From Candidatus Hecatella orcuttiae (GTDB lineage: Archaea > Thermoproteota > Bathyarchaeia > Hecatellales > Hecatellaceae), in NCBI GenBank assembly GCA_002011035.2, contig MTLY02000001.1, positions 320,001 to 384,000 on the forward strand: 64,000 nt of DNA, read 5' to 3'. The notes under the pieces are model-generated. The model saw nothing but the letters and a program-made list of their open reading frames with translations. It ran no database searches and was not told the DNA's origin. A program made the translations under genes and the position numbers. Of this stretch, positions 37,415 through 47,047 are shown piece after piece (the stretch's first letter is position 1; every line of letters begins with the position of its first letter).

Positions 37415-37900
37415 TCAGGTTAAGGCTCGGGTTATCTCTCTTCTAAGCTCTTCCGCAGTTTTACCCTCCGTGGATATCCCCAGCTCCTCAGCTATCTTAA
37501 CGAGCTTATCTCGGCCTACCTTTAGACTCGGAGGGGTAACCGGTAGAGGAGTGGAGGGCGCCTGTTCTCTTTTTTCAACTTTCAAATTTTTTCCGTACAC
37601 GATTCTTTCTTTAGGCCTGCTCAGAGGAGGAGTCTTCCTTACTGTTTCAGGTTTTTTGGCAGTGGCAACGGGGGGATTCGGGGTGGGGGCTTCAGGGTAC
37701 ACTGCCTTTTGTAGCTCCCTCTCCATTTCCATTCTAGCTTTTTCAAATTCCCCTGTGGCCCTGCCGAGGGCTCGGGCTAGTTCCGGAAGCTTGTTGGTGC
37801 CGAAGAGAAGGAAGAGAATGGCGATTAAGATGATGAACCATTCTAGCCCCCGGATTCCGCCGACTTGTAGGATGAAGTCCAGATTCCCTGAGGTGAGCAT
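37415..37900 (-). CDS. tatA: Twin-arginine translocase TatA/E with long C-terminal tail
   Basis: LLFGTNKLPELARALGRATGEF. Confidence 0.85.
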   Translation of the reverse strand: MLTSGNLDFILQVGGIRGLEWFIILIAILFLLFGTNKLPELARALGRATGEFEKARMEMERELQKAVYPEAPTPNPPVATAKKPETVRKTPPLSRPKERIVYGKNLKVEKREQAPSTPLPVTPPSLKVGRDKLVKIAEELGISTEGKTAEELRREITRALT

Positions 37901-38062
37901 GCTGCCTACATTTAACTTTAGTCTCCCTTCCAGCTTATCAAGATTTTCCCTCGAATCCGGAATCCGGAAACGCTGCGGGAACGGGAAAACGTATTTTTGG
38001 CACAGCGTCGGTTTAATTTCAGCTGAGGAATAGTATTAACGGCTGCGAAGCAGGCGCTTGGG

Positions 38063-39859
38063 ATGAGGGTTGCAGTCATCGACAGAGACGTCTGCCGTCC
38101 TAAAGACTGCGGAAGGGCATGCTACCGTTTCTGCCCTATGGTTAGGAATAAGGTCTACGCTGTGAGGTTTGAAGAGGGAGAAGAAAAGCCGACCATCGTG
38201 GAGCCTCTATGCACAGGCTGCGGCATTTGCATCAAAAAATGCCCCTTCTCAGCCCTAAGCATCGTAAACCTTCCGGAAGAACTGGAGGGGGAATGCAGCC
38301 ACCGCTACGGCGCCAACGCCTTTAAGCTCTACAGGCTTCCTGTGCCGGCGCCCTCGAAGGTAACCGGGCTCCTGGGGAAAAACGGAATAGGCAAATCCAC
38401 CGCCCTCCGGATTCTTTCAGGGGAGAGTAAACTTAACCTAGGGGAATTCGCTGAGCCCCCGGACTGGAGTCGGATAATAAGGCGTTTCAGGGGGTCGCTC
38501 CTCCAAGAATATTTCACCAAACTCAGCCGGGGGGAGTTAAAAACAGTTCACAAACCCCAGTACATAACCCGCATACCTCAGCTGTTGAAGGGGGAAGTGG
38601 AAGAAGTTTTGGAGAGGCTGGATGAGCGGGGTAAGATGCGCTATGCGGTGGAGGTCTTGGAGCTTCAGGAACTCTTGGACAGGCCTGTGGAAGTCCTTTC
38701 AGGAGGAGAATGCCAAAGGCTGGCCATAGCCGCCGCCCTCTGCAAGGAAGGAGACGTTTACATTTTCGACGAGCCCTCCAGCTATTTGGATGTGAGGCAG
38801 AGGATTAACGCTGCCAAGGCTATCCGAAGCTTGCTAGGCGAAGGTAAGACGGTGCTAATAGCGGAGCACGACCTAGCTGTCTTAGACTACCTCTCCGATC
38901 AAGTGTGCCTTTTCTACGGAAAGCCGGGAGTCTACGGAGTGGTTTCTCCACCCCAAGGAGTTAGGGCGGGAATAAACATCTACCTCGAAGGCTACCTGCC
39001 CAGCGACAATGTCAGGTTCAGGGATGAGCCTATCCGTTTCCACATCAAGCCTCCGACTCCCAGCTGGGTTTCCACGAAGCCGCTCTTCCAGTGGAGCCGC
39101 CTGCAGAAATCCTACGGAGGCTTCAGCCTGAAGGTGGAAGAGGGCGCTGTCCACGAAGGCCAAGTGGTAGGCGTCCTCGGACCCAACGGCATAGGTAAGA
39201 CTACCTTCATGAAAATGTTAAGCGGGTTGGAGAAGCCGGATGAGGGCTCCGTGGCCAACCCTGAGGAAGTTTCCGTCAGCTACAAGCCTCAATACGTTTC
39301 CACAGACTACCCCGGCTCCGTGGAGGAGTTCCTTAGGTCTTCTGCCGGCGAGGAGTTCGATTCCCCGAGGGTCAAGTCCGAGGTCTTAGCCCCTCTGGGG
39401 TTGGAGGAATTTCTGGAAAGGGATTTTTCAAGCCTCAGCGGAGGGGAAGCCCAGAAGGTAGCCATAGCCGCTTGCTTGGCTAAACGGGCTACGCTGTATC
39501 TCCTAGACGAGCCCAGCGCCTTCCTCGACGTGGAGGAAAGGCTGGCGGTGGCTAGAATCATCAGGAAGACAGCGGAGACTTGGGGTGCAGCGGCCCTTGT
39601 GGTGGAGCACGACGTCATCGTCCAAGACTTCACAGCCGACAGGCTGATACCCTTCTCCGGAACACCGGGAAGAAACGGCTACGCGTCTTCTCCCACCGGC
39701 CTGAGGGAGGGAATGAACTCTTTCCTGAAAGGGTTAGGTGTAACCTTCCGGAGAGACCCCTCCAGCGGGAGGCCTAGGGTTAACAAGGAAAACTCCCAGC
39801 TGGACCGCCGTCAAAAGGCGTTGGGCGAGTACTACTATGTTCCCTCTAGCGGAGAATAG
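38063..39859 (+). CDS. rli: Ribosome recycling ATPase ABCE1/RLI
   Basis: N-terminal Fe-S cysteines, two ABC domains, TFRRD..SGRPRVNK. Confidence 0.95.
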   Translation: MRVAVIDRDVCRPKDCGRACYRFCPMVRNKVYAVRFEEGEEKPTIVEPLCTGCGICIKKCPFSALSIVNLPEELEGECSHRYGANAFKLYRLPVPAPSKVTGLLGKNGIGKSTALRILSGESKLNLGEFAEPPDWSRIIRRFRGSLLQEYFTKLSRGELKTVHKPQYITRIPQLLKGEVEEVLERLDERGKMRYAVEVLELQELLDRPVEVLSGGECQRLAIAAALCKEGDVYIFDEPSSYLDVRQRINAAKAIRSLLGEGKTVLIAEHDLAVLDYLSDQVCLFYGKPGVYGVVSPPQGVRAGINIYLEGYLPSDNVRFRDEPIRFHIKPPTPSWVSTKPLFQWSRLQKSYGGFSLKVEEGAVHEGQVVGVLGPNGIGKTTFMKMLSGLEKPDEGSVANPEEVSVSYKPQYVSTDYPGSVEEFLRSSAGEEFDSPRVKSEVLAPLGLEEFLERDFSSLSGGEAQKVAIAACLAKRATLYLLDEPSAFLDVEERLAVARIIRKTAETWGAAALVVEHDVIVQDFTADRLIPFSGTPGRNGYASSPTGLREGMNSFLKGLGVTFRRDPSSGRPRVNKENSQLDRRQKALGEYYYVPSSGE

Positions 39860-39991
39860 CCCACCCATGGGAAGGAACTTCCAGAAGCATATACTCCTCC
39901 CGGGGATTTTCTGCCACATAAAAAACCTATCGCCATATATGGCCATATAAGATGAGACTCGCCCGGTCTGCTGCGGCTCGTTAGGCTGTTT

Positions 39992-40339
39992 TTAGAAGGT
40001 CATTATTGTGAATCCTTCACTCAGCCGGTCTGCGATGTAGATGGGGGCGCCCACTATCTTCACACCTTGTTCCTGAACATCCAAGTCTAAGCCCAGTTCT
40101 CTGACGTTGGCGGAGCACGCGGCTATCTCAACCCCTAAGCCCTTCACCTCCTCTAGGAGGTCTTTGACTTCCCCTGAGAGGTCTAGGGCCAGCCACTCCA
40201 CGCCTGAGCCGTAGAAAAGCAGCCTGATTTCTCTGAGGAAGTCAAGCTTCTTCAGGTCTCGGGTGAGGATCAAGCCCTGCCTCACCCTGTCCTCCCCGTT
40301 CCGGCTGCTGAGGATGACCACCAGCAGTTTTTCACTCAA
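39992..40339 (-). CDS. DsrE-family protein
   Basis: LFYGSGV, IAACSAN, ends ..MTF. Confidence 0.75.
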   Translation of the reverse strand: MSEKLLVVILSSRNGEDRVRQGLILTRDLKKLDFLREIRLLFYGSGVEWLALDLSGEVKDLLEEVKGLGVEIAACSANVRELGLDLDVQEQGVKIVGAPIYIADRLSEGFTIMTF

Positions 40340-41147
40340 GGCTGATGTCCCCCAACAAGTCTCTGTAGTGAGCTTCCTTCAACCTTTCCACCTGCAGCCC
40401 AGCGGACATTAGATCTTTCCAAGAGCCGGGGTAAAGCTTAACTTTTTGGAAGCCTGCAAGCCTGAAGGCATAGAAAACAAGCGCCGCGGAGGCTCCGTCG
40501 CTGGAGTAGGTTATTATCTCCTTATCCCGGGATATGAAATGCTCGTCGATGAGTCTTTCCATTTCCTCCCGGCCTGCGAGGACTTTTCCCCTTCCAGCAA
40601 ACATCTTCCAAGGCATGGTTTTAGCCCCCTTGAGGTGACCGTCCAGATAGTCAAGCCTGCTCCTCACGTCGACAAGGACCATGTGGGGGGACCCGGCTTT
40701 CTCCCTGATTTCTTCCCCCGTGGCTACTATGTGGATGTTCTCTCGGACGCTGTGCATTTTGGTTTCTTCAAGAGGCTTCTTCAAACTCACGGGGAGGCCT
40801 CTGTCAGCCCAAGAGCGGAACTCCACCTCGAGGACGGCGACCTTGAAATGGCCTGCCCGCTCCAGAGCCCATGCCAGCCTTGAAGCGTGGGTTCCCCCTC
40901 GGTCGTCGTAGGTTACCACCAGTGTTTCATCTTCCACCCCCAGCTTCCCCAGCAAAGCAGCCACCCTCTCCGGCTGTTCATCTTCGAGAATTCTTTGAAG
41001 AGGCAGAGATACAGCTCCCTTTACATGACCCCTGCGAAAGTCTTCCGCATCCCTAGCGTCCACAACTTTCACCCCCGGGTCCTCAAGCCTTGCGCTGAGC
41101 CATTCAGCTCCCACCAGGGGGTGGGGATACCCGGTTTTCCCGCTCAA
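40332..41147 (-). CDS. Two-domain rhodanese/sulfurtransferase
   Basis: VVDAR..F.RGHVKGA repeated, LYPGSW; usual active-site Cys appears replaced (ITYSSDG). Confidence 0.82.
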   Translation of the reverse strand: MSGKTGYPHPLVGAEWLSARLEDPGVKVVDARDAEDFRRGHVKGAVSLPLQRILEDEQPERVAALLGKLGVEDETLVVTYDDRGGTHASRLAWALERAGHFKVAVLEVEFRSWADRGLPVSLKKPLEETKMHSVRENIHIVATGEEIREKAGSPHMVLVDVRSRLDYLDGHLKGAKTMPWKMFAGRGKVLAGREEMERLIDEHFISRDKEIITYSSDGASAALVFYAFRLAGFQKVKLYPGSWKDLMSAGLQVERLKEAHYRDLLGDISLE

Positions 41148-42946
41148 GCGGCACACTCACCCCGCGCAGTTTTCGCCACAAACTTCTCTTCACTGCCCCA
41201 GTCCATGTAAGCCTTAGGGTCTTCCCGAGGCGAAGGCAGTTTAGCCGCTTTCTCCAGCTCCCTTCTCAGGTCCTCAGCGTTTTTAATGACCGAAGCTCCT
41301 CCCCCTCGGAGGACCCGGTCGATCCAGTTGTGAAAGTCCTCGCCCTCCGCCTTCTCAGCCTTGTAAAGCTCAAACAGCCTCACCAAAACCTCCGGAAGCT
41401 TTTTGGCGGGAACCCTCATGAAGGGCTTCCCTATCCTCGCATCCAAGCCTGTCTTCCCTCCCAACAGCATCAGATAGGCGGGGGTGAGGATGCCCTCAAT
41501 CCTCTGGGTGGACCCCACCAATCCCACCGCCCCTATGGCGTGATGACCGCAGCTGTTGGGGCAGCCGCTGAGCTTCACCGCCAAATTTTTTAGATCCCCG
41601 TCCATGTCAAGGCCAAGCTCAAGAAACTTTTTCCGAACCTCCTTGGCGACTCGATGGGAATTGGTAATGGCCAAGTTGCAGGAGGCAGTCCCCGTGCAGC
41701 CTACTACAGAGGCCACGGAGAGGGCGCCGGGGCTAGCCAAGCCTGCCTCCTTCAGCTTCCAGTAGACTTCAGGCACATTCCTCCCGGGTATCCACCGGAA
41801 AACCAGACCTTGCAGAGGCGTCACCCGAACCAAACGCTCCTCCGAGTGATTTCGAGCAACCTCAGCAACGGCTCTAACCTGCTGGGCGAGCATGTCGCCG
41901 GCGGGGGTGCTGAGGTAAACCGCGTAGTAGCCTTTCTGCTTCTGGGCTGTGACGTTGGTGGTGAACCATCTCAGGTAGGCCTCATCCTTCACCCCCTGAG
42001 CCGGGTTGAAACTTTCTTCAACCTCCTTGAGGGGTGAACTCGCCTGGGGGAGGCTGAGTCTAAAATTCGCCGGCTGGGTTACTTGGACGATGCGGCGTTC
42101 CCTCAGAACCAGTTCCTTAAACTTTTGGAAACCCATTTCCTTGACCAGATACCTCATCCGGTTTTTATGCATCTTCACCCGGTCGCCCAGCCTGTCGAAA
42201 ACTCTTATCACCGACGCCACTGTCTCGAGAAGCCGGTCTTCAGGCGTGAAATCTTCAAGAAGACCCCCCACATAGGAGGCAGGCCCTAAGCCTCCGCCCA
42301 CGTAGACCCTGAAGCCCTTTACCCTTCGACCACCGTCCTCCCGCTCCTCAGCTACAAGGCCTACATCGTTTAGGGGAGCGAGGCTGCACCATCTCCCACA
42401 TCCGGAGAAATTGATCTTGAACTTTCGGGGAAGATCCTGATTCATGGGGTTTCTCAGCAGATAGCGGGCTGTGGCTAAGGCGTAGGGGGTTACGTCGAAA
42501 GCCTCATGGGGGCAGCAGCCGGCCAGGGGACAGCAGGTCACGTTTCTGACAGTGTTCCCGCAGGCTTCCCGAGTGGTCAGACCTGCTTCAGCCAACCTCC
42601 TCAGGATTTCAGGCACATCTTCGAAGAGAAGCCAGTGGAGTTGAATGTTCTGCCTCGTCGTCAGGTGAAGGCTGCCGATGGAGAAGACTTCCGCCAAGTC
42701 GGCGAGGAGCTCCAACTGTTCGGGGGTGATGACTCCGGCTGGAAGTTTAACCCTAAGGAGGCCGAAGTCTGTTTGAAACCTTTCGCTGTAGATTCCATGC
42801 TGAAGCCGAAACCGTCTGAAATCGTCTTCTCCGAGTTTCCCCTCCCTGAAAAGCCTTAGAACGTGAGCAAACCGCTCAGCTTCCTCCGGCATCGCAAACC
42901 CTAAGCCACCCGCGGAGGCTGCATGCTCTTCTTTTCCCGGATTCAA
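41144..42946 (-). CDS. Ferredoxin-dependent sulfite/nitrite reductase (siroheme)
   Basis: LTTRQNIQ, LPRKFK, CTGTASC, SGCPNSC. Confidence 0.9.
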   Translation of the reverse strand: MNPGKEEHAASAGGLGFAMPEEAERFAHVLRLFREGKLGEDDFRRFRLQHGIYSERFQTDFGLLRVKLPAGVITPEQLELLADLAEVFSIGSLHLTTRQNIQLHWLLFEDVPEILRRLAEAGLTTREACGNTVRNVTCCPLAGCCPHEAFDVTPYALATARYLLRNPMNQDLPRKFKINFSGCGRWCSLAPLNDVGLVAEEREDGGRRVKGFRVYVGGGLGPASYVGGLLEDFTPEDRLLETVASVIRVFDRLGDRVKMHKNRMRYLVKEMGFQKFKELVLRERRIVQVTQPANFRLSLPQASSPLKEVEESFNPAQGVKDEAYLRWFTTNVTAQKQKGYYAVYLSTPAGDMLAQQVRAVAEVARNHSEERLVRVTPLQGLVFRWIPGRNVPEVYWKLKEAGLASPGALSVASVVGCTGTASCNLAITNSHRVAKEVRKKFLELGLDMDGDLKNLAVKLSGCPNSCGHHAIGAVGLVGSTQRIEGILTPAYLMLLGGKTGLDARIGKPFMRVPAKKLPEVLVRLFELYKAEKAEGEDFHNWIDRVLRGGGASVIKNAEDLRRELEKAAKLPSPREDPKAYMDWGSEEKFVAKTARGECAA

Positions 42947-43239
42947 TTCACCCGCACCCCTCCTGCTGGTTGGGTTTTAGAAAGCAAAAGGTTGGACTGC
43001 GGATTTTCCAGTCTCCATCCAAAAAAGAGATTGAGCCAAAGACCCCTTAGCTTGAAGATGAAGCGGTGGTGAGAAATCTTCGTAGCCGGAGCTGGGGAAA
43101 GCAAAAGCACAGGGCTATCCTTGGCCCCGGAGGCAAACAGGGTCCCCTCTTTCCATCCGCTTCACCTATAACACTGTTATTGGTTGATTATTTAAGAATA
43201 TCGCCCAAAAACTCAGCCGGCAAGCTGAAGGCTCCGAAG

Positions 43240-44493
43240 CTAAGCCGCCAGCCTTCGGGCAGCGACCTTTGCAACAGCGTCCTCCACGAGGTCGTAGGTT
43301 TCCACAGGCTCGATTCCCGCTTCCCTCAGATACTGCTTAGGGCCGTAGCCGATCCTCAGGCAGAGTACGGCTTGACAGTCTTTGAGAAGCTCCACCGTCC
43401 GCAGGAGGCTTTCCTCCTTATCTCCGCAGAAAGACTTTCCAAAACAGTATTGGCCTACGTTTCTCTTTTCCAAAAACTCCGTCGACTGAAGAGAAGCTCG
43501 GTAGATCAGAAAGGAGTCGGCGTGGCCGAAATGCTGGTCCACGAGCCTGCCGCTCTTGGTCGCCACAGCCACCTTTATACCTCCGGCGGGAGAAAGCTCC
43601 CAGGGCTTCTTCTCCCTACGCTCCACCAGCTCTACTGTTAGGTTGTTTCCCAGGAAGCCCACAGCGTCCGATCGGCACTGCCGACAGTGGCGCATCTGTT
43701 TGATGTGAACTTCACACTGGTCTCGCAGTCTCTTCAGCTCAACCAAGCTGGGTTTGCGTAGGCCTTGAAAATCGGTTCCCTCCACTGGAATGAGAGGCAT
43801 GACATTCATCATGAAAGCCCCCCATTTCTTCACCTGCTCAGCAACTTGGGGAAGGTGGCTGCTGTTGACTTCGGGGATCATCACGGAGTTAACTTTGACG
43901 AGAATACCCTCTTCAGCCAGCTTCCTGACGCCCTCCTCTTGCTTGGAGAGCAACAGGGAGGATGCTTCCCTTCCCCAGTAGGTTTTCCCCTCGTAATGAA
44001 CCCAAGAGTAAATTTTTTCCCCCACGGAGGGCTCCACAGCGTTTACGGTGACGGTGACATGGCCTACTCCCAGCTGGAGAATCTGGGGAACCCGCTCGGG
44101 CAACAGCAGCCCGTTGGTGCTTAGGCAGAGAATCAGCTCAGGGTACGCCCTGCGCAAAAGCCTGAGAGACTCTAAAGTCTGCTCGTTGGCCAGAGGCTCC
44201 CCCGGCCCTGCCACAGCTACCACGGTAAGCTGAGGCAGAGAACTCCGAACCTCCGCAACCTTCGCTACGACTTCCTCAGGCCTCATAACCCGGCTGGTTA
44301 CGCCGGGTCGACTTTCGTTTACGCAGTCATAACGCCTATTGCAATATTTGCACTGGATGTTGCACCTTGGCGCAACAGGCAGATGCATCCTCGCATAGGT
44401 ATGGCAAGCGTAGGGGCTGTAGCATGGATGAAGCGCTATCCTATCCTCAGCCTCCCAGCCTACTTTAGGGATAGCAATCTCCCTCGAACTCAT
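43240..44493 (-). CDS. nifB: NifB-family radical SAM protein with C-terminal NifX-like domain
   Basis: HPC, CNIQCKYC, ESRPG, AGPGEP, CRQCRSDA, HFGHA. Confidence 0.85.
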   Translation of the reverse strand: MSSREIAIPKVGWEAEDRIALHPCYSPYACHTYARMHLPVAPRCNIQCKYCNRRYDCVNESRPGVTSRVMRPEEVVAKVAEVRSSLPQLTVVAVAGPGEPLANEQTLESLRLLRRAYPELILCLSTNGLLLPERVPQILQLGVGHVTVTVNAVEPSVGEKIYSWVHYEGKTYWGREASSLLLSKQEEGVRKLAEEGILVKVNSVMIPEVNSSHLPQVAEQVKKWGAFMMNVMPLIPVEGTDFQGLRKPSLVELKRLRDQCEVHIKQMRHCRQCRSDAVGFLGNNLTVELVERREKKPWELSPAGGIKVAVATKSGRLVDQHFGHADSFLIYRASLQSTEFLEKRNVGQYCFGKSFCGDKEESLLRTVELLKDCQAVLCLRIGYGPKQYLREAGIEPVETYDLVEDAVAKVAARRLAA

Positions 44494-44597
44494 GGGGAAT
44501 CAACTCGTATTGTTCCGCTTCGTAAGGCTTATTGTGAGCCTTGTTTTAACAAGTGTTAAAAAAGTATTTAAGTTTAACGGACGTTAAATATTAGATC

Positions 44598-44930
44598 ATG
44601 AGACATCCCTCGGCTGACGTTGCCAGGTACCTTCTCCCGGCGGTTAATGCTCTCATAGCCCGGGAGCTTGTTGAAAAATACGGCTTAAAAAGGTCTGAGG
44701 CTGCCAAAGTCATGGAGGTCACTCCGGCGGCTGTGACCCAGTATCTGAAACTATCGCGGGGCGGGAAAATCGTGGAGCAGCTGGAGGGCTCGGAGAAAAT
44801 CATGCGCATTATTTTCTCCTTAGCTAGGCGAATGCGGACTGGAAAGGTGAACTCGGAAGGTTTCAACTTGGCAATTCGGAGGGTTTGTCGGGAGGCAAGG
44901 ACACTGGGCATAATTCCCTGCCAGCCGTAA
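44598..44930 (+). CDS. HTH transcriptional regulator (archaeal)
   Basis: LPAVNALIAREL, TPAAVTQYL..SRG. Confidence 0.8.
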   Translation: MRHPSADVARYLLPAVNALIARELVEKYGLKRSEAAKVMEVTPAAVTQYLKLSRGGKIVEQLEGSEKIMRIIFSLARRMRTGKVNSEGFNLAIRRVCREARTLGIIPCQP

Positions 44931-45017
44931 GCTCGCAGAGTCAAAAGGCCGGTGAGTAGGTTTAAAGGAAGAACATGGTTTTCCCGCCTGAACGCAGGGT
45001 TGGGGTTGCTTTCTTCG

Positions 45018-45323
45018 CTAACCTTTAGACTGTTCTCCGCCTCTCAGCTTAGAAAGCTCCTTAGCCAAGAGTTTTAAGGTTTCTCCCTTGGAGTTGATTT
45101 TATCCATTACCACGTAGCCGGCTTCCTTCCACCAGCATCGGGGATAGCGGGCTTCATATTTGGGTTGAGGTGAAAGGTTCAGCCTGCTGGCCGCTTCCAC
45201 GATTTCCTTCAAGCTGGGAGAGGCCACGGCCATCCTTTTGGGAATCTTCCGCCCCTCGCTTCGGCTTCGGGCGATGTCAAAGTAGATGCTCCAAACCACA
45301 ACTCGGCGGTTGAGCTTTCTCAG
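45018..45323 (-). CDS. srp19: Signal recognition particle protein SRP19
   Basis: WSIYFD, RSEGRKIP, RYPR.WW; N-terminus probably starts at CTG 45323 (LRKLNRRVVVW). Confidence 0.88.
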   Translation of the reverse strand: MRKLNRRVVVWSIYFDIARSRSEGRKIPKRMAVASPSLKEIVEAASRLNLSPQPKYEARYPRCWWKEAGYVVMDKINSKGETLKLLAKELSKLRGGEQSKG

Positions 45324-45369
45324 AGGCTTCTCCGTCTCCTCTGGGGTGAATCTAAGCTGGACTGCCCGT

Positions 45370-45762
45370 CTAAGCCTGCTTGGGCTTCAGCAGCACAGCG
45401 TTAAGGACTCCGTGCTGGCCAGGTCTTGAGGTAACTTTGGCCGTGCCTATCTCCGTCTCCAGAATGGTTCCCTTTGTGATGATTCCCTGCCTGTCATAGG
45501 CGACATTGGAGGGGTTGCTTATAACCCTCAGGATTTGAGCAGTTTGAGTCTTTCCAGTTTTAGGATTGGAAACCTGAACCTTGCCAGCGGCTCTCAGACG
45601 CAGCTTGTAGTTGCCTCCTCGCCCCCTTTTTGGAACCCTCAAATCCTCTCCGACCACCGTCTCAGCGGGGTAGCCGCCGCGTTCAAACTTTCGCCTACCT
45701 CGGTAGGGAGTCTTCGCGCCTCCCGTCCTCTTCCGCTTGTGGAGGTCTGAATGCCAAGCCAT
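45370..45762 (-). CDS. rps8e: 30S ribosomal protein S8e
   Basis: RKRTGG, RGRGGN, IITKG, VTSRPGQHG. Confidence 0.95.
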   Translation of the reverse strand: MAWHSDLHKRKRTGGAKTPYRGRRKFERGGYPAETVVGEDLRVPKRGRGGNYKLRLRAAGKVQVSNPKTGKTQTAQILRVISNPSNVAYDRQGIITKGTILETEIGTAKVTSRPGQHGVLNAVLLKPKQA

Positions 45763-45968
45763 AGACGTTCCTTCCAGTTTACGGTATAAGCGAAACTACG
45801 CGTTCAGCTTAAATTTAAGCATGACTATGCGCGATGGTAGCACCTGATGCTACTTGAAATATGGCGGAGTATTTAAGCTTAGCATCGGCGGGACCTTAGC
45901 GAAAGGGGGGTAGATAGTTTTATATACGACAATAAGGGAAAAAAAGGTTCTAAGGTGAAACTATAAAA

Positions 45969-47042
45969 TTGGCTAGTGAACCACGTAGGAAGGCCCTGAA
46001 ATACGGCATCGTCGCCATTGTCGCCGCTGTGGTGGCCGGTGTGGGCGGCTACGCCGCCTGGCAGGCCGCGAGGCCAGCTCCAGCCCCAACACCTACTCCT
46101 GCTCCCGTGGAAAAACCCATTAAAGTGGCCGCCATATATGTCACACCGCTTGAAGAGCCGTGGAATACGGTTCTCCATGAATCGTTAACTTGGGCTCAAG
46201 AAAATTTGGGTATCGAATACGTCTATTCGGAAAAAGTTGACACTGCGGATGCGGAGAGGGTGGCAAGAGAATTCATCGATGCGGGTGTCGATGTACTCTT
46301 CACTCACAGCTGGGGGTACCATCCGGTGGCCATTAAGCTCGGAGAGGAGTTCCCCGATCTAGCCCTAGCTCAAGGCTCAGGCCCCACGGACATTGAATGG
46401 CCGCCGAACATTGTGCTCTACGACTATTGGATTCAGGACGCTGCATACCTTGCTGGGATGGCTGCGGGCATGATGACCAAGGGCGACCAGATAGGCGTCG
46501 TAACAGCCTACGCTGTGCCCGACGTGAACAGGCTGGTTAACGGCTACATTGCCGGCGCTAAATCGGTCAACCCCAACGTTAAGGCTTCGGTGGTATACTT
46601 GGAAAGCTGGTTTGACCCTGTCCGCGCAAAAGAAGCTGCACGCGCCATGATCGACGGTGGGGTGGACTTCATATACGCTGAACGATTTGGAGTGTTCGAA
46701 GCGATAAGAGAGGCTGACAAGGTCGGTCAAGTATACGCCTTCGGGAACATTGTGGATCAGTCACCCCTAGACCCAGAGGTTGTCCTAGCCAGCATAGTTT
46801 GGGATCTACACTCGTTCGTGGAACTCCTGGTGGAGATGGCGAAGACGAACACATGGCAAGGCGGAATTTATGATTGGGGGATGAAGGAAGGCTGGGCTAA
46901 GCTGGTGTGGAATGAAGACCTCAAGGCGAAAGTGGTACCGAAAGATGTGCTGGAGGCCATAGAAGCAAAACAGGAGGAAATGCTGAAAGGCGAATTCGCA
47001 GCGCCCATCTACGAAGACTGGGTTCCGGAACGCTGGGAATAA
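45969..47042 (+). CDS. BMP-family nucleoside/purine ABC substrate-binding protein
   Basis: RRKALK Tat-like leader, YLAGMAAG, GAKSVNP, SWFDP. Confidence 0.85.
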   Translation: MASEPRRKALKYGIVAIVAAVVAGVGGYAAWQAARPAPAPTPTPAPVEKPIKVAAIYVTPLEEPWNTVLHESLTWAQENLGIEYVYSEKVDTADAERVAREFIDAGVDVLFTHSWGYHPVAIKLGEEFPDLALAQGSGPTDIEWPPNIVLYDYWIQDAAYLAGMAAGMMTKGDQIGVVTAYAVPDVNRLVNGYIAGAKSVNPNVKASVVYLESWFDPVRAKEAARAMIDGGVDFIYAERFGVFEAIREADKVGQVYAFGNIVDQSPLDPEVVLASIVWDLHSFVELLVEMAKTNTWQGGIYDWGMKEGWAKLVWNEDLKAKVVPKDVLEAIEAKQEEMLKGEFAAPIYEDWVPERWE

Positions 47043-47047
47043 ACCCC

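Noticed and set aside
43240-44493. Evidence of nitrogen fixation
   Set aside because: nifB alone; no nifH/D/K in window
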